From: an uncultured Alphaproteobacteria bacterium
Lineage (GTDB): Bacteria; Pseudomonadota; Alphaproteobacteria; Rhizobiales; Hyphomicrobiaceae
Assembly: GCA_963817485.1 (NCBI GenBank)
Contig: CAWFOR010000026.1
Span: 168,898 to 232,897 of the forward strand
Direction: 5' to 3'
DNA: 64,000 nt
The notes below the pieces were generated by a model. That model worked only from the letters and a program-made list of their open reading frames with translations, made no database searches and was not told where the DNA came from. Positions within the stretch are counted from its first letter, which is position 1, and the number at the start of each line of letters is the position of its first letter. Shown piece after piece: positions 1-9,398 of the stretch. Position numbers and translations under genes: made by a program.

Positions 1-406
1 CCCAGCCGTGCAGCGCCGCCGGGTCGCCGCGGTTGATCGCGAGGTAGATGAGCGCCGGCACCGCCATGCCGCCCGCTGCCGCGATGACAGGGAGCGCCGC
101 CTGCTGGCGCGTCGACAGCTCGCCCACGAGCAGCTCGCGCTTGATCTCGAGCCCGACCAGGAAAAAGAAGATCGCCATCAGGCCGTCGTTGATCCAGTGC
201 AAGAGCGGCTTGCCGATCTGGATGCCGTCCACCGTCAGCATCAGCGGCGTCTCGAGCAGGACATCGTAGAGATGGCTCGCCGGCGAGTTCTGCAGGATCA
301 GCGCAAGGATGGCCGCCGCCAGCAGTACGATGCCGCCCGCCGCCTCGTGCTGGAAGAAGGCGAGCGCGCCGGCGACGCGCTGGCTTGCGGGCTTTTTCGT
401 GGCCAT
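1..406 (-). CDS. nhaA: Na+/H+ antiporter NhaA, N-terminal part (continues beyond the window start)
   Basis: Manual minus-strand translation from ATG 406: [11 protein letters not shown]...[13 protein letters not shown]...[31 protein letters not shown]...[18 protein letters not shown]. These are NhaA signature motifs. Not in the ORF track because it is truncated. Confidence 0.95.
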   Translation of the reverse strand, partial: MATKKPASQRVAGALAFFQHEAAGGIVLLAAAILALILQNSPASHLYDVLLETPLMLTVDGIQIGKPLLHWINDGLMAIFFFLVGLEIKRELLVGELSTRQQAALPVIAAAGGMAVPALIYLAINRGDPAALHGW

Positions 407-425
407 GCGCTGGGCTCCCCGGTGG

Positions 426-1244
426 TCAGATCGCGGTCGTCGGCAGCGGCTGGGCCACTCTCCACGCCTTGTCCGCAAGTGCAAGCTCCTCGCGGCCCTG
501 GCTCGCGGCGATGCAGGCCTCCACCGCCGCCGCCGCGCGCCCGAGGCTCGACTCCGGCACGGCGCCGTTCAGCACGTGGCCGAGGTAAAGCGCGGCGATC
601 ATATCGCCCGTACCATGCGGAGCGGCCGACCGCCGAGGCACAAAGGACGCATGCGCGGCGTCCGCGTGCACGAGCAGCGTCGCGAGCTGCTCGTCGGGCG
701 CCGGAACGGACGTCGCGAGCACCCGCGGGGCGTCGAGCAGGCGGGCGGCCCCGAAGGCGCTATCGAGGTCGCTCGCCTCCACGTCCGCGAGCCACTCGAG
801 CTCGAACAGGTTCGGCGTCGCCACGTCGCACAGCGGGATCAGGTGCTGGCCGATGGCGTCCGCGGTCGCTTCGTCGAGGTAGAGGCCGCCCGGCTCGTCG
901 CCGAATACGGGATCGCAGACGTAGAGGGCGGCTGGGTTCTCGGCGCGCACGCGCGCAACCGCGGCCTTGGCGGCGGCGACGTGCTCGGTTGCCGGCAGGT
1001 AGCCGGTCAGCACTGCGTCGATCGATTCGAGCCAGCCGTTGGCGTCGAGGCTGTCCATCATCTGGCCGAGCATGGCCGCCGAGATGCGCTCGCCCGAGAA
1101 TGGGCCGTAGCCGGGGTGGTTCGACAGCACCACCGTCGGCACCGCGATGACCTCGTGGCCGAGCGACTGCAGCGCCGGGACGATGGCCGCGAGGCCGACC
1201 GAGCCGAAGGCGACGTGGGAGGAGAGTGCGAGGACGCGGGCCAT
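426..1244 (-). CDS. pdxY: Pyridoxal kinase (PdxY/PdxK family)
   Basis: [45 protein letters not shown] and GTGD motifs. Start moved to ATG 1244. Confidence 0.9.
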   Translation of the reverse strand: MARVLALSSHVAFGSVGLAAIVPALQSLGHEVIAVPTVVLSNHPGYGPFSGERISAAMLGQMMDSLDANGWLESIDAVLTGYLPATEHVAAAKAAVARVRAENPAALYVCDPVFGDEPGGLYLDEATADAIGQHLIPLCDVATPNLFELEWLADVEASDLDSAFGAARLLDAPRVLATSVPAPDEQLATLLVHADAAHASFVPRRSAAPHGTGDMIAALYLGHVLNGAVPESSLGRAAAAVEACIAASQGREELALADKAWRVAQPLPTTAI

Positions 1245-1384
1245 CTGATCTCCGGCTCGGGTGTGGAAGAGCTGTGCGCCGTTTCTGCCGCAGCGCTCAT
1301 CCGCCGCCAAGGCCAATCACCGCGGTCTTGGTGTTCCCTCCTGCGCGCGCTATGGTGCGGTGCACAACGAGGGAGGAAAGCGGG

Positions 1385-2285
1385 ATGCAGGTTCGCCCCC
1401 GCCGCAGCGTGCTCTACATGCCGGGCTTGAACGAGCGCGCCCTCGACAAGGCGCGGACGATCCCGGCCGATTCGCTGATCCTCGATCTGGAGGATTCCGT
1501 CGCCCCGGAAGGCAAGGCTGCGGCCCGCGCGGGCGTGTGCGCGGCGGTCAAGGCCGGCGGGTACGGGCGGCGCGAGCTCGTAATCCGGCCCAATGCCATC
1601 GAGACCGCCTGGGGCATGGACGACCTGCGCGCGGCCGCGAGCGTGGCACCCGATGCGATCCTGGTGCCGAAGGTGGCGCAGCCGGGCGACATCGTGACGG
1701 TGGCCAAGGTGCTGGGCTCCATCGGCGCGCCGGCGAAGACGCGGCTGTGGGCGATGATGGAGACGCCGAGCTCGGTGCTGAACGCGCGCGAGATCGCGGC
1801 GCTCGGCGCCGACCCGGCCAACCGCCTCGCCTGCCTCGTCATGGGGACGAACGACCTGTTGAAGGAATCGCCGCGCCCGCGCACTCCACAACCGCATCGC
1901 CGTGGTGCCGTGGCTGGCCATGACCATCGTCGCCGCGCGCGCCTACGGCCTCGACATCCTCGACGGCGTCTACAACGACTTCCGCGACGAGGCCGGCTTC
2001 GGCGCCGAGTGCGAGCACGGGCGCACGCTCGGCATGGACGGCAAGACGCTGATCCATCCCTCGCAGGTCGGGCCGTGCAACGAGATCTTCTCGCCCACGG
2101 AGGAGGAGGCGTCGTGGGCGCGCAAGATCATCGCGTCCTTCGAGGAGCCGGAGAACGCGCACAAGGGCGTCATCGTGGTCGAAGGCAAGATGGTGGAGCG
2201 GCTGCATCTGGTGCAGGCAAGGCGCACCGTCGCCATCGCGGAGACGATCGCGGCCATGCGCAAGGTCGAGGAGCCGTGGTTCTGA
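1385..2285 (+). CDS. CitE/HpcH-family CoA ester lyase, Mcl2 ((3S)-malyl-CoA thioesterase)-like; apparent +1 frameshift near 1871
   Basis: RRSVLYMPG, LILDLEDSV, WAMMETP and MGTNDL in one frame; DGVYNDFRD and GMDGKTLIHPSQV in the next. Removing one C near 1871 gives ..KESRARALHNRIAVVPWL... Confidence 0.85.
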
Positions 2286-2394
2286 GCGCGTGCTGCCTTC
2301 AGGCCGGGCAACAAAGAGCATCGACAGGGCCGCACGTTTCGGACTAATCGGCAGCGGCCACGCACCGCAGCCTGAGAGGCATAGATCCCGCCCG

Positions 2395-3454
2395 ATGACA
2401 TCGACCAAAACCAACCCCGGCAACTTCTTCGAGGATTTCCGTTTCGGGCAGACGATCGTGCACGCGACGCCGCGCACGGTCACGGTGGGCGACGCCGCGC
2501 TCTATACGAGCCTCTACGGCACGCGCTTTGCGGTGCAATCCTCCGATGCCTTCGCCAAGGCTATCGGCTATCCGCAATCCCCGCTCGACGATCTGCTCAC
2601 GTTCCACGTCGTGTTCGGCAAGACCGACGCCCGACATCTCGCTCAACGCCATCGCCAACCTCGGCTACGCCAACTGCCGCTTCCTGAAGCCGGCCTATCC
2701 CGGCGACACGCTGTCGTCGGTGTCGGAGGTGATCGGCGTAAAGGAGAACTCCAACCGCGAGACGGGCACCGTCTACGTGCGCTCCACCGGGCGCAACCAG
2801 AAGGGCGAGGTGGTGCTGGAGTACGTGCGCTGGGTGATGGTGAGGAAGCGCGACAAGGATGCGCCCGCGCCCGAGGCGGTGGTGCCGGAGCTGCCGGCGC
2901 GCGTCGATCCGGCGAGCCTCGGCAGCGCGGTGCCCAAGCTCGACATCGGCAAGTACGACTTCGCGCTCGCCGGCTCGCCCTACCGCTGGGGCGACTACGA
3001 GGTGGGCGAGAAGATCGACCACGTCGACGGCATGACGCTGGAGGAGGCCGAGCACCAGATTGCGACGCGGCTCTACCAGAACACGGCCAAGGTGCACTTC
3101 AACCAGCACACGGAGGCGAAGGGCCGCTTCGGCAAGCGCATCGTGTATGGCGGCGTCGTCATCTCGCTCGCGCGCGCGCTGTCGTTCAACGGCTTGAACA
3201 ACGCGTTCCACCTGGCGGCGATCAACGGCGGACGCCACGTGTCGCCCTGCTTTGCCGGCGACACGGTCTATGCGTGGTCGGAGGTCTTGGAGAAGGCGGA
3301 GCTGCCGGGCCGCAAGGACGTCGGCGCGCTGCGCATCCGGCTCGTCGCGGTGAAGAACCAGGACTGCGCGGCGTTCCCGCTCAAGAAGGCCGACGGCCAG
3401 TATGAGGATTGCGTGCTGCTCGACCTCGACGCCTGGGTGTTGCTACCACGGTAG
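2395..3454 (+). CDS. mch: Tandem-MaoC dehydratase, mesaconyl-CoA hydratase (Mch)-like; apparent frameshift near 2627
   Basis: MTSTKTNPGNFFEDF...TFHVVFGKT | PDISLNAIANLGYA...GDTL...ENSN...YVRWVMVRKRD...NTAKVHFN. Matches the Mch family of the ethylmalonyl-CoA pathway. Confidence 0.8.
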
Positions 3455-3483
3455 TTGACGACTACGGGATACCCGTATAGGCT
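3455..3483 (+). promoter_or_regulatory. Sigma70-like promoter with a palindromic operator for the TA module
   Basis: TTGACG (3455-3460), 17-bp spacer, TAGGCT (3478-3483). The spacer contains the inverted repeat TACGGG-ata-CCCGTA (3463-3477). Confidence 0.55.
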
Positions 3484-3492
3484 GTGGCAGCC

Positions 3493-3735
3493 ATGAAGTT
3501 CGAGTGGCCACGGGGTCAGTTTCGAAGCGGCCCAGGCCGTCTTCGCGGACTTACAGGCCGTCGAGCTGCTTGACAACTCGACTGAGGAGGAACGATGGCG
3601 CCTTCTCGGGTGGGCAGGCTCCGACATCCTCTTGGTGGTTTACACCGAGCGCGCGATAGAGTGCGGATCATCTCAGCACGCAAGGCGAGCAAACGTGAGC
3701 AAGAAGTCTACCGTGAGCAAGGCGAGCCGGACTAA
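3493..3735 (+). pseudogene. BrnT-family toxin, disrupted (internal deletion after MKFEW and a second frameshift near 3660)
   Basis: MKFEW | HGVSFEAAQAVFAD...EERWRLLG...LLVVYTER | VRIISARKASKREQEVY. The D-x-x-K-x-x-x-N-x-x-K segment normally preceding HG(V/I)SF is missing. Confidence 0.75.
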
Positions 3736-4000
3736 GACGGAGGTCTCCGATCTCGACAATCCTGAGCTGAACGCAGCCGAGCTGCGGGCACTGAAGCGCG
3801 TTGCGCCGATCAAGCGCATCCGTTGGCAGCTGGGGCTGTCACAGGAGGATTTCGCGCTCCGTTTCGAAATCCCGATCGGTACGCTTCGAGATTGGGAGCA
3901 GGGTAGGAGCAACCCGGACCGGCCGGCTCTCGCTTATCTGAAGGTAATCGGAAGCGACCCCGAGTTTGTCGCCAAGGCGTTGTCCCGGGCAAATCGCTAG
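3695..4000 (+). CDS. XRE-family HTH antitoxin (HigA/MqsA-like)
   Basis: IRWQLGLSQEDFALRFEIPIGTLRDWEQGRSNPDRPALAYL. GTG start overlaps the toxin end. Confidence 0.8.
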   Translation: MSKKSTVSKASRTKTEVSDLDNPELNAAELRALKRVAPIKRIRWQLGLSQEDFALRFEIPIGTLRDWEQGRSNPDRPALAYLKVIGSDPEFVAKALSRANR

Positions 4001-4138
4001 GCCGCACGATGGCTCCCTGCGGCGATTGACGAATTGCCGCAGCGGCGCGCCGCGCTAGAACGCAAGCGAAACCCAGCAACGAGCGGCGGCGAGGCAAGCT
4101 CGCGGCGAGCCGACCCAAGGTAGACCCCAGGGAAACCC

Positions 4139-4567
4139 ATGGCCGAAGCGAGTTCCAGGCAGCCAGCGCGCGAGCGGCCGCTGTCACCGCACCTGCAGAT
4201 CTACCGCCCCGAGATCAACATGGTGATGTCGGTGTTCCACCGGATCACCGGCACCGCGCTCTATTTCGGCTCGCTGTTGCTCGCGTGGTGGCTGTTTGCG
4301 GCGGCGACGGGCCCGGACTACTTCGCCTTCGTCAACGGCCTCTTCGCCACCTGGCCGGGCATGATCGTCCTCGTCGGCTTTAGCTGGGCGCTGATCCATC
4401 ACATGCTCGGCGGCCTGCGCCATTTCATCTGGGACACCGGCTCCAATCTCGACATCGTCAGCGTCGACGTCCTGTCGTGGGCGACGATCATCCTGTCGCT
4501 GCTGCTGACCGCTGCGCTGTGGCTTTACATCGCTTCGACGAGAGGGTGGCTCGCGGCATGGCAATGA
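4139..4567 (+). CDS. sdhC: Succinate dehydrogenase cytochrome b556 subunit
   Basis: RPLSPHLQIY, SVFHRITG, HHMLGGLRHFIWD. Confidence 0.97.
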   Translation: MAEASSRQPARERPLSPHLQIYRPEINMVMSVFHRITGTALYFGSLLLAWWLFAAATGPDYFAFVNGLFATWPGMIVLVGFSWALIHHMLGGLRHFIWDTGSNLDIVSVDVLSWATIILSLLLTAALWLYIASTRGWLAAWQ

Positions 4568-4938
4568 TAACACCCCTAAAGCGCGCGCGCGGGTTGGGCT
4601 CCGCCAAGGAAGGCCCTGAGCACTTCATGCGCCAGCGGCTCACGGCCGCGTTGAACCTCGTGCTGGTGCCGTTCGCCGTCGGCCTCATCGCGACGCTCGC
4701 CGGCGCCGATCTCGCCACCGTCAAGGCGACGATCGCGCATCCGATCGTCGCCATCCTGCTCGTGGCGCTGATCGTCTCGATGGCCGTGCACATGCGCATC
4801 GGCATGCAGGTCATCGTCGAGGACTATGTGCACGACGAGGGCGCCAAGATGCTCTTGCTGCTGGCGAACACCGTGTTTTCGTTCGGCGTCGCGGCCATAG
4901 CGATCTTCGCCGTGCTGAAACTGAGCTTCGGGGCTTGA
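4564..4938 (+). CDS. sdhD: Succinate dehydrogenase membrane anchor subunit
   Basis: [39 protein letters not shown] overlap with sdhC. Confidence 0.95.
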   Translation: MITPLKRARGLGSAKEGPEHFMRQRLTAALNLVLVPFAVGLIATLAGADLATVKATIAHPIVAILLVALIVSMAVHMRIGMQVIVEDYVHDEGAKMLLLLANTVFSFGVAAIAIFAVLKLSFGA

Positions 4939-4943
4939 CGCAA

Positions 4944-6791
4944 ATGGCGGACCACAAGGGCAACGGCGCGGAGAAGCCGGCGGCGCCCGCCGTCAACGGC
5001 AAGGCCTACCCGATCCACGATCACAGCTACGACGTCGTTGTCGTCGGCGCGGGCGGCGCGGGCCTGCGCGCGACGCTCGGCTGCGCGGAGGCCGGCCTCA
5101 AGACGGCGTGCGTGACGAAGGTGTTCCCGACGCGCTCGCACACGGTTGCGGCGCAGGGCGGCGTCGCCGCGGCGCTCGGCAACATGGGCCCCGACGACTG
5201 GCGCTGGCACATGTACGACACCGTGAAGGGCGCCGACTGGCTCGGCGACCAGGACGCCATCGAATACCTCTGCCGCCACGCGCCCGCCGCCGTGTACGAG
5301 CTCGAGCACTACGGCCTCCCCTTCAGCCGCACCGAGGACGGCAAGATCTACCAGCGCCCCTTCGGCGGCATGACCACGCGCTTCGGCGAGGGCCCGCCCG
5401 CGCAGCGCACCTGCGCCGCCGCCGACCGCACCGGGCACGCCATGCTGCACACGCTTTACGGGCAGTCGCTGCGCCACGCGGCGGAGTTCTTCATCGAGTA
5501 CTTCGCCATCGATCTCATCATGGACCGGGACGGCGCCTGCCGCGGCGTCATCGCGCTCAGCCTGGAGGACGGCTCGATCCACCAGTTCCGCGCCAAGAAG
5601 ACCATCCTGGCGACGGGCGGCTACGGGCGCACCTATTTCTCCTGCACGTCCGCGCACACCTGCACCGGCGACGGCAACGCCATGGTGCTGCGCGCCGGCC
5701 TGCCGCTGCAGGACATGGAGTTCGTGCAGTTCCACCCGACCGGCGTCTATGGCGCCGGCGTGCTCATCACCGAGGGCGCGCGCGGCGAGGGCGGCTACCT
5801 CACCAACAGCGAGGGTGAGCGCTTCATGGAGCGCTACGCGCCGCACGCGAAGGATCTGGCCTCGCGCGACGTCGTCTCGCGCTCGATGACGATCGAGATC
5901 CGCGAGGGCCGCGGGCACGGCCCCGACAAGGACCACATCTACCTGCACCTCGACCACCTCGACCCGAAGGTTCTGGCCGAGCGGCTGCCCGGCATCACCG
6001 AGAGCGCCAAGGTGTTCGCCGGCGTCGATCTGCGCCGCGCGCCGATCCCGGTGCTGCCGACGGTGCACTACAACATGGGCGGCATCCCCACGAATTTCCA
6101 CGGCGAGGTGCTGACGCTGAAGGACGGCAACCCCGATACGGTGGTGCCGGGGCTGATGGCGATCGGCGAGGCGGCCTGCGTCTCCGTGCACGGCGCCAAC
6201 CGGCTCGGCTCGAACTCGCTCATCGATCTCGTGGTGTTCGGGCGTGCGGCGGCCCTGCGCTGCGCGGCGACGATCGAAGCCGGCGCCATGCCGACGGAGC
6301 TGCCCAAGGACGCGGCCGAGCAGGCGCTCGCCCGTCTCGACCGCTTCCGTTACGCCAACGGCGGCACGCCGACGGCGGACCTGCGCCTCAATATGCAGAA
6401 GACGATGCAGGCGCACTGCGCGGTGTTCCGTGACGGGCCCGTGCTGGAGGAGGGCGTGCGCAAGATCGAGGAGATCTGGAAAGGCTCAGACGACATCCGC
6501 ACCACCGACCGGTCGCTGATCTGGAACTCCGACCTCGTCGAGACGCTGGAGTACGACAACCTCATCGCCCAGGCCGCGGTGACGGTGACGAGCGCGGACA
6601 ACCGCAAGGAGAGCCGCGGCGCGCACGCGCGCGAGGACTTCCCCAACCGCGACGACGCCAACTGGATGAAGCACACGCTGTCGTGGGCCGATTACGGTTC
6701 AAAGACCGTGCGCCTCGACTATCGCCCCGTGCACACGCACACGATGACGAACGAGGTCAAGTACATCGAGCCGAAGGCACGCGTGTACTGA
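4944..6791 (+). CDS. sdhA: Succinate dehydrogenase flavoprotein subunit
   Basis: [45 protein letters not shown]. Confidence 0.99.
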   Translation: MADHKGNGAEKPAAPAVNGKAYPIHDHSYDVVVVGAGGAGLRATLGCAEAGLKTACVTKVFPTRSHTVAAQGGVAAALGNMGPDDWRWHMYDTVKGADWLGDQDAIEYLCRHAPAAVYELEHYGLPFSRTEDGKIYQRPFGGMTTRFGEGPPAQRTCAAADRTGHAMLHTLYGQSLRHAAEFFIEYFAIDLIMDRDGACRGVIALSLEDGSIHQFRAKKTILATGGYGRTYFSCTSAHTCTGDGNAMVLRAGLPLQDMEFVQFHPTGVYGAGVLITEGARGEGGYLTNSEGERFMERYAPHAKDLASRDVVSRSMTIEIREGRGHGPDKDHIYLHLDHLDPKVLAERLPGITESAKVFAGVDLRRAPIPVLPTVHYNMGGIPTNFHGEVLTLKDGNPDTVVPGLMAIGEAACVSVHGANRLGSNSLIDLVVFGRAAALRCAATIEAGAMPTELPKDAAEQALARLDRFRYANGGTPTADLRLNMQKTMQAHCAVFRDGPVLEEGVRKIEEIWKGSDDIRTTDRSLIWNSDLVETLEYDNLIAQAAVTVTSADNRKESRGAHAREDFPNRDDANWMKHTLSWADYGSKTVRLDYRPVHTHTMTNEVKYIEPKARVY

Positions 6792-6812
6792 CGGCGTGAT
6801 CGCGAAAGCCAC

Positions 6813-7661
6813 ATGCGCACAGTCCTGATCACCGGAACCTCGTCGGGCTTCGGGCTGCTCGCCACGGTGGAGCTGGCGCTGCGCGGTTGGCGCGTGTTTG
6901 CCACCATGCGCGATCTCGATCGCAAGGGGCCGCTGCTGGCGGCGCTCGACGCGGCCGGCGTGCGCAGCGCGGTCGAGATCAGCCGGCTCGACGTGACGCA
7001 GCCGGCTTCGGTGCGCGAAGCGGTCGCCGCGATGCTGCTTGCGACCGGCGGCAGGCTTGACGCGGTGGTGCAGAATGCTGGTGTCGCCGCGGGCGGCGCC
7101 TTCGAGGATCTTCCCGACGAAGACGTGCGCCGCGTCATGGAGACGAACTTCTTCGGCGTCCTCGATCTGACGCGCGTGCTGCTGCCGACCTTTCGCGCGC
7201 AGCGGACCGGCCGCATCCTCATCGTGTCGAGCGAGGCGGCGTTCATGGGCCAGCCGGCCAACTCGATCTACTGCGCCTCGAAGTGGGCGATCGAGGGCTG
7301 GGCCGAGGCGATCTGCCACGAGCTCGGTCCCTTCGGCATCGAGGTGGTGCTGGTCGAGCCCGGGCCTTACCCCACCGGCATCTGGCAGAACTCCCCGCGC
7401 ATCTCGCCCGAAGGCAGCGCCTACCGACCGTGGGTGCAGTATGTGTTCCGTGCCGGCGAGGCGCATCTGCAGAAGCGCGGCGGCGACGCGCAGGTCGTGG
7501 CGGTTGCTATCGCAGACGTGCTCGAGGCGCAGCGGCCGGCGTTCCGCAATCCTGTCGGTCGGATCGCCCGCATCGCCCATTTCCTGCGCGGCAAGGTGCC
7601 GAGCACGCTCCTGCGCAGGATCGTCGGCCGCTATCTCGGCCTCGGCCGCGTGCGCCTATAG
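6813..7661 (+). CDS. Short-chain dehydrogenase/reductase
   Basis: TGTSSGFG, NAG, YCASK (YxxxK). Confidence 0.92.
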   Translation: MRTVLITGTSSGFGLLATVELALRGWRVFATMRDLDRKGPLLAALDAAGVRSAVEISRLDVTQPASVREAVAAMLLATGGRLDAVVQNAGVAAGGAFEDLPDEDVRRVMETNFFGVLDLTRVLLPTFRAQRTGRILIVSSEAAFMGQPANSIYCASKWAIEGWAEAICHELGPFGIEVVLVEPGPYPTGIWQNSPRISPEGSAYRPWVQYVFRAGEAHLQKRGGDAQVVAVAIADVLEAQRPAFRNPVGRIARIAHFLRGKVPSTLLRRIVGRYLGLGRVRL

Positions 7662-7784
7662 CGCTTTTCCCTCAATGAGTTGCCCGGCAGTCGCAATCCT
7701 CGCCAAATTCCGTGCGAGGATAAAGTTGCCTCCAGGGAATTTGAAGGGAGGCGCGTCCCAAGTACCCAGACAGGAAACGACCAG

Positions 7785-8342
7785 ATGGACACGAGATCGT
7801 TGACGCGGCTCGCCTTCGCGGCAGCCGCCTTTTTCATGGCCGCGGTGCCCGCCGCCATGGCGGAGGATGATTGCAAGAGCACGGTTGTTGCCGAAGGAAA
7901 GCCCGCTTCGCTGCGCGACCTCGGCGCCTATCCCAACTCGCTGTTGTCGTGGCGCTCCGCAGTGAAGGAGAAGTACGGCTCGGAATACAACTCCTGGCGC
8001 TACTGCCAAGGACGCCAAGGTGGACTGCGTCGGAGCAACGACAGGCAGTGGATCTGCACGCGCACCGCGAAGCCCTGTAAGGACGTTCTGCACAAGGTGT
8101 TCGACAGCGCGGCAAAAGCGGCGAAGGGCGACTGCAAGGCCGAGCCGCTCAGCTCCTACGGCGCGGCCAAGAAGGACGACAAGGCCGCCGAGAAGGAATC
8201 GATCAGCGGCTGGGAGATCGACACCTCCAAGAAATACGGCAAGGAATGGGCGGTGTGGGATAAAGCCGGCGGCACCGACATCGACTGCCACAAGGTCGGC
8301 GACGGCCAGCAGTGCATCGCCGTCGGGACACCCTGCAAGTAG
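7785..8342 (+). CDS. Secreted protein with two tandem 4-Cys repeats; probable pair of compensating indels at ~8004-8035
   Basis: Signal-peptide-like N-terminus. Each half follows C..G..W..KYG.(Y/W)..W..A...DC...C...PCK. Confidence 0.75.
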   Translation: MDTRSLTRLAFAAAAFFMAAVPAAMAEDDCKSTVVAEGKPASLRDLGAYPNSLLSWRSAVKEKYGSEYNSWRYCQGRQGGLRRSNDRQWICTRTAKPCKDVLHKVFDSAAKAAKGDCKAEPLSSYGAAKKDDKAAEKESISGWEIDTSKKYGKEWAVWDKAGGTDIDCHKVGDGQQCIAVGTPCK

Positions 8343-8361
8343 GGCTTGCCGCACACGGCAC

Positions 8362-8396
8362 AAAAAAGCGGCGGTCGACATCATCGACCGCCGCTT
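8362..8396 (-). terminator. Intrinsic terminator of pqqA (possibly bidirectional)
   Basis: Perfect 13-bp stem AAGCGGCGGTCGA (8366-8378) / TCGACCGCCGCTT (8384-8396); adjoining A-run reads as a U-tract on the minus strand. Confidence 0.8.
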
Positions 8397-8419
8397 CTCG
8401 TTACTGCGTCGTCGGATCG

Positions 8420-8509
8420 TTAGATGATGTCGATCTCGGCCGGCAGATAGGACGTGACCTCGAGGCCAACTTCCTGCTCACGAACTGCGGGCTTTGTCCA
8501 AACCTTCAT
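8420..8509 (-). CDS. pqqA: Pyrroloquinoline quinone precursor peptide PqqA (29 aa)
   Basis: MKVWTKPAVREQEVGLEVTSYLPAEIDII. Has the W-x-K-P leader and E-x3-Y core (E17, Y21). AGGAGG RBS at 8515-8520; terminator downstream. Too short for the ORF track. Confidence 0.9.
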   Translation of the reverse strand: MKVWTKPAVREQEVGLEVTSYLPAEIDII

Positions 8510-8652
8510 AGCTTCCTCCTCTGGAGAACAATGGCGGACCAGGGGTCCACCTAATGCCGAATAACCATCTTAATAGCAGCGCGGTTCGATAAACAGAAAT
8601 CGCAATCGCGTGATGTTATTATAAGGAAAGCTTATCGACCCGATAAGTCTTG

Positions 8653-8676
8653 GCAGCCCCGTGACGGCTGCTTTTT
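8653..8676 (+). terminator. Terminator-like hairpin on the + strand
   Basis: GCAGCC-ccgtgac-GGCTGC followed by TTTTT. Confidence 0.45.
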
Positions 8677-8870
8677 GCATCCCAGAGCTTGTCCCGTGGA
8701 TGACGCTTTGCGCGGCGCATGCGGACCAATCCGCCTTCACCCATCGACGCCGAATATCTCGCATTTGAGCTTCGGTCTTGGCCGAAGCTTAGCCTTATTC
8801 GCCTAGGGTTGCGCTCACGCACGGGGCCTCGCACCCGGCATGTCCAGCAACGAGCGAACGGGTCCTTTCC

Positions 8871-9317
8871 ATGCACACCTCTACCGCCTCACAGGCGCTT
8901 GTCCTCGCCGCGGCCTTGACGGCGCTCGGCTTTTTCGCTGCGGCCGCCGTCGCGGAAAGCACCAACGTCCCGACCAATGCCTACTACGATCGCGCGCTGA
9001 CCGACGACGAGAAGCGGGCGATCCAGGAGGAGGAGGCCGTCACGCCAAGCGACGGCAAGCCGTCGGTCCCTGCTCCGTCGGTGCAAGACATAATCCCCGA
9101 TGCCGCCTTGCCCGCGCCCGCCGCAAACTCCGGCGCCGTGCCGAAGCCGAAGAACGAAGCCGAGGCCATCCTGCAGGATTCCAAGAAGTCCGTGCCGGTG
9201 ACTAAGCAGGACTTCGACAATTGCATGCAGGCCTGGAGCCCGCAGACGCAGATGTCGAAATCCGAATGGGCCGCGAGCTGCCGCACGACGCTCAGCTACT
9301 TCCCCGAGAAGGACTGA
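8871..9317 (+). CDS. Secreted hypothetical protein with a C-terminal C-M-x2-W...T-x-M-S-K-x-E-W-x3-C motif
   Basis: Signal-peptide-like N-terminus (AAAVA-ES), Pro/Ala-rich linker, then CMQAWSPQTQMSKSEWAASCRTT. Confidence 0.75.
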   Translation: MHTSTASQALVLAAALTALGFFAAAAVAESTNVPTNAYYDRALTDDEKRAIQEEEAVTPSDGKPSVPAPSVQDIIPDAALPAPAANSGAVPKPKNEAEAILQDSKKSVPVTKQDFDNCMQAWSPQTQMSKSEWAASCRTTLSYFPEKD

Positions 9318-9398
9318 GCAGGCTGGCCTCGAAAGTGGCGGCGCCGGCTTTAGAGCTGCGCCGCCGAACCTGATCGAGACGCTTTTCGGAGAGATTCC

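Noticed and set aside
8-1430. Long Arg/Ala/Pro-rich ORFs (8..1150, 309..1430) and similar ones throughout (4824..6416, 10611..12305, 24623..26425, 62041..63843)
   Set aside because: Antisense or off-frame shadows of real genes, expected in high-GC DNA; no motifs or RBS.
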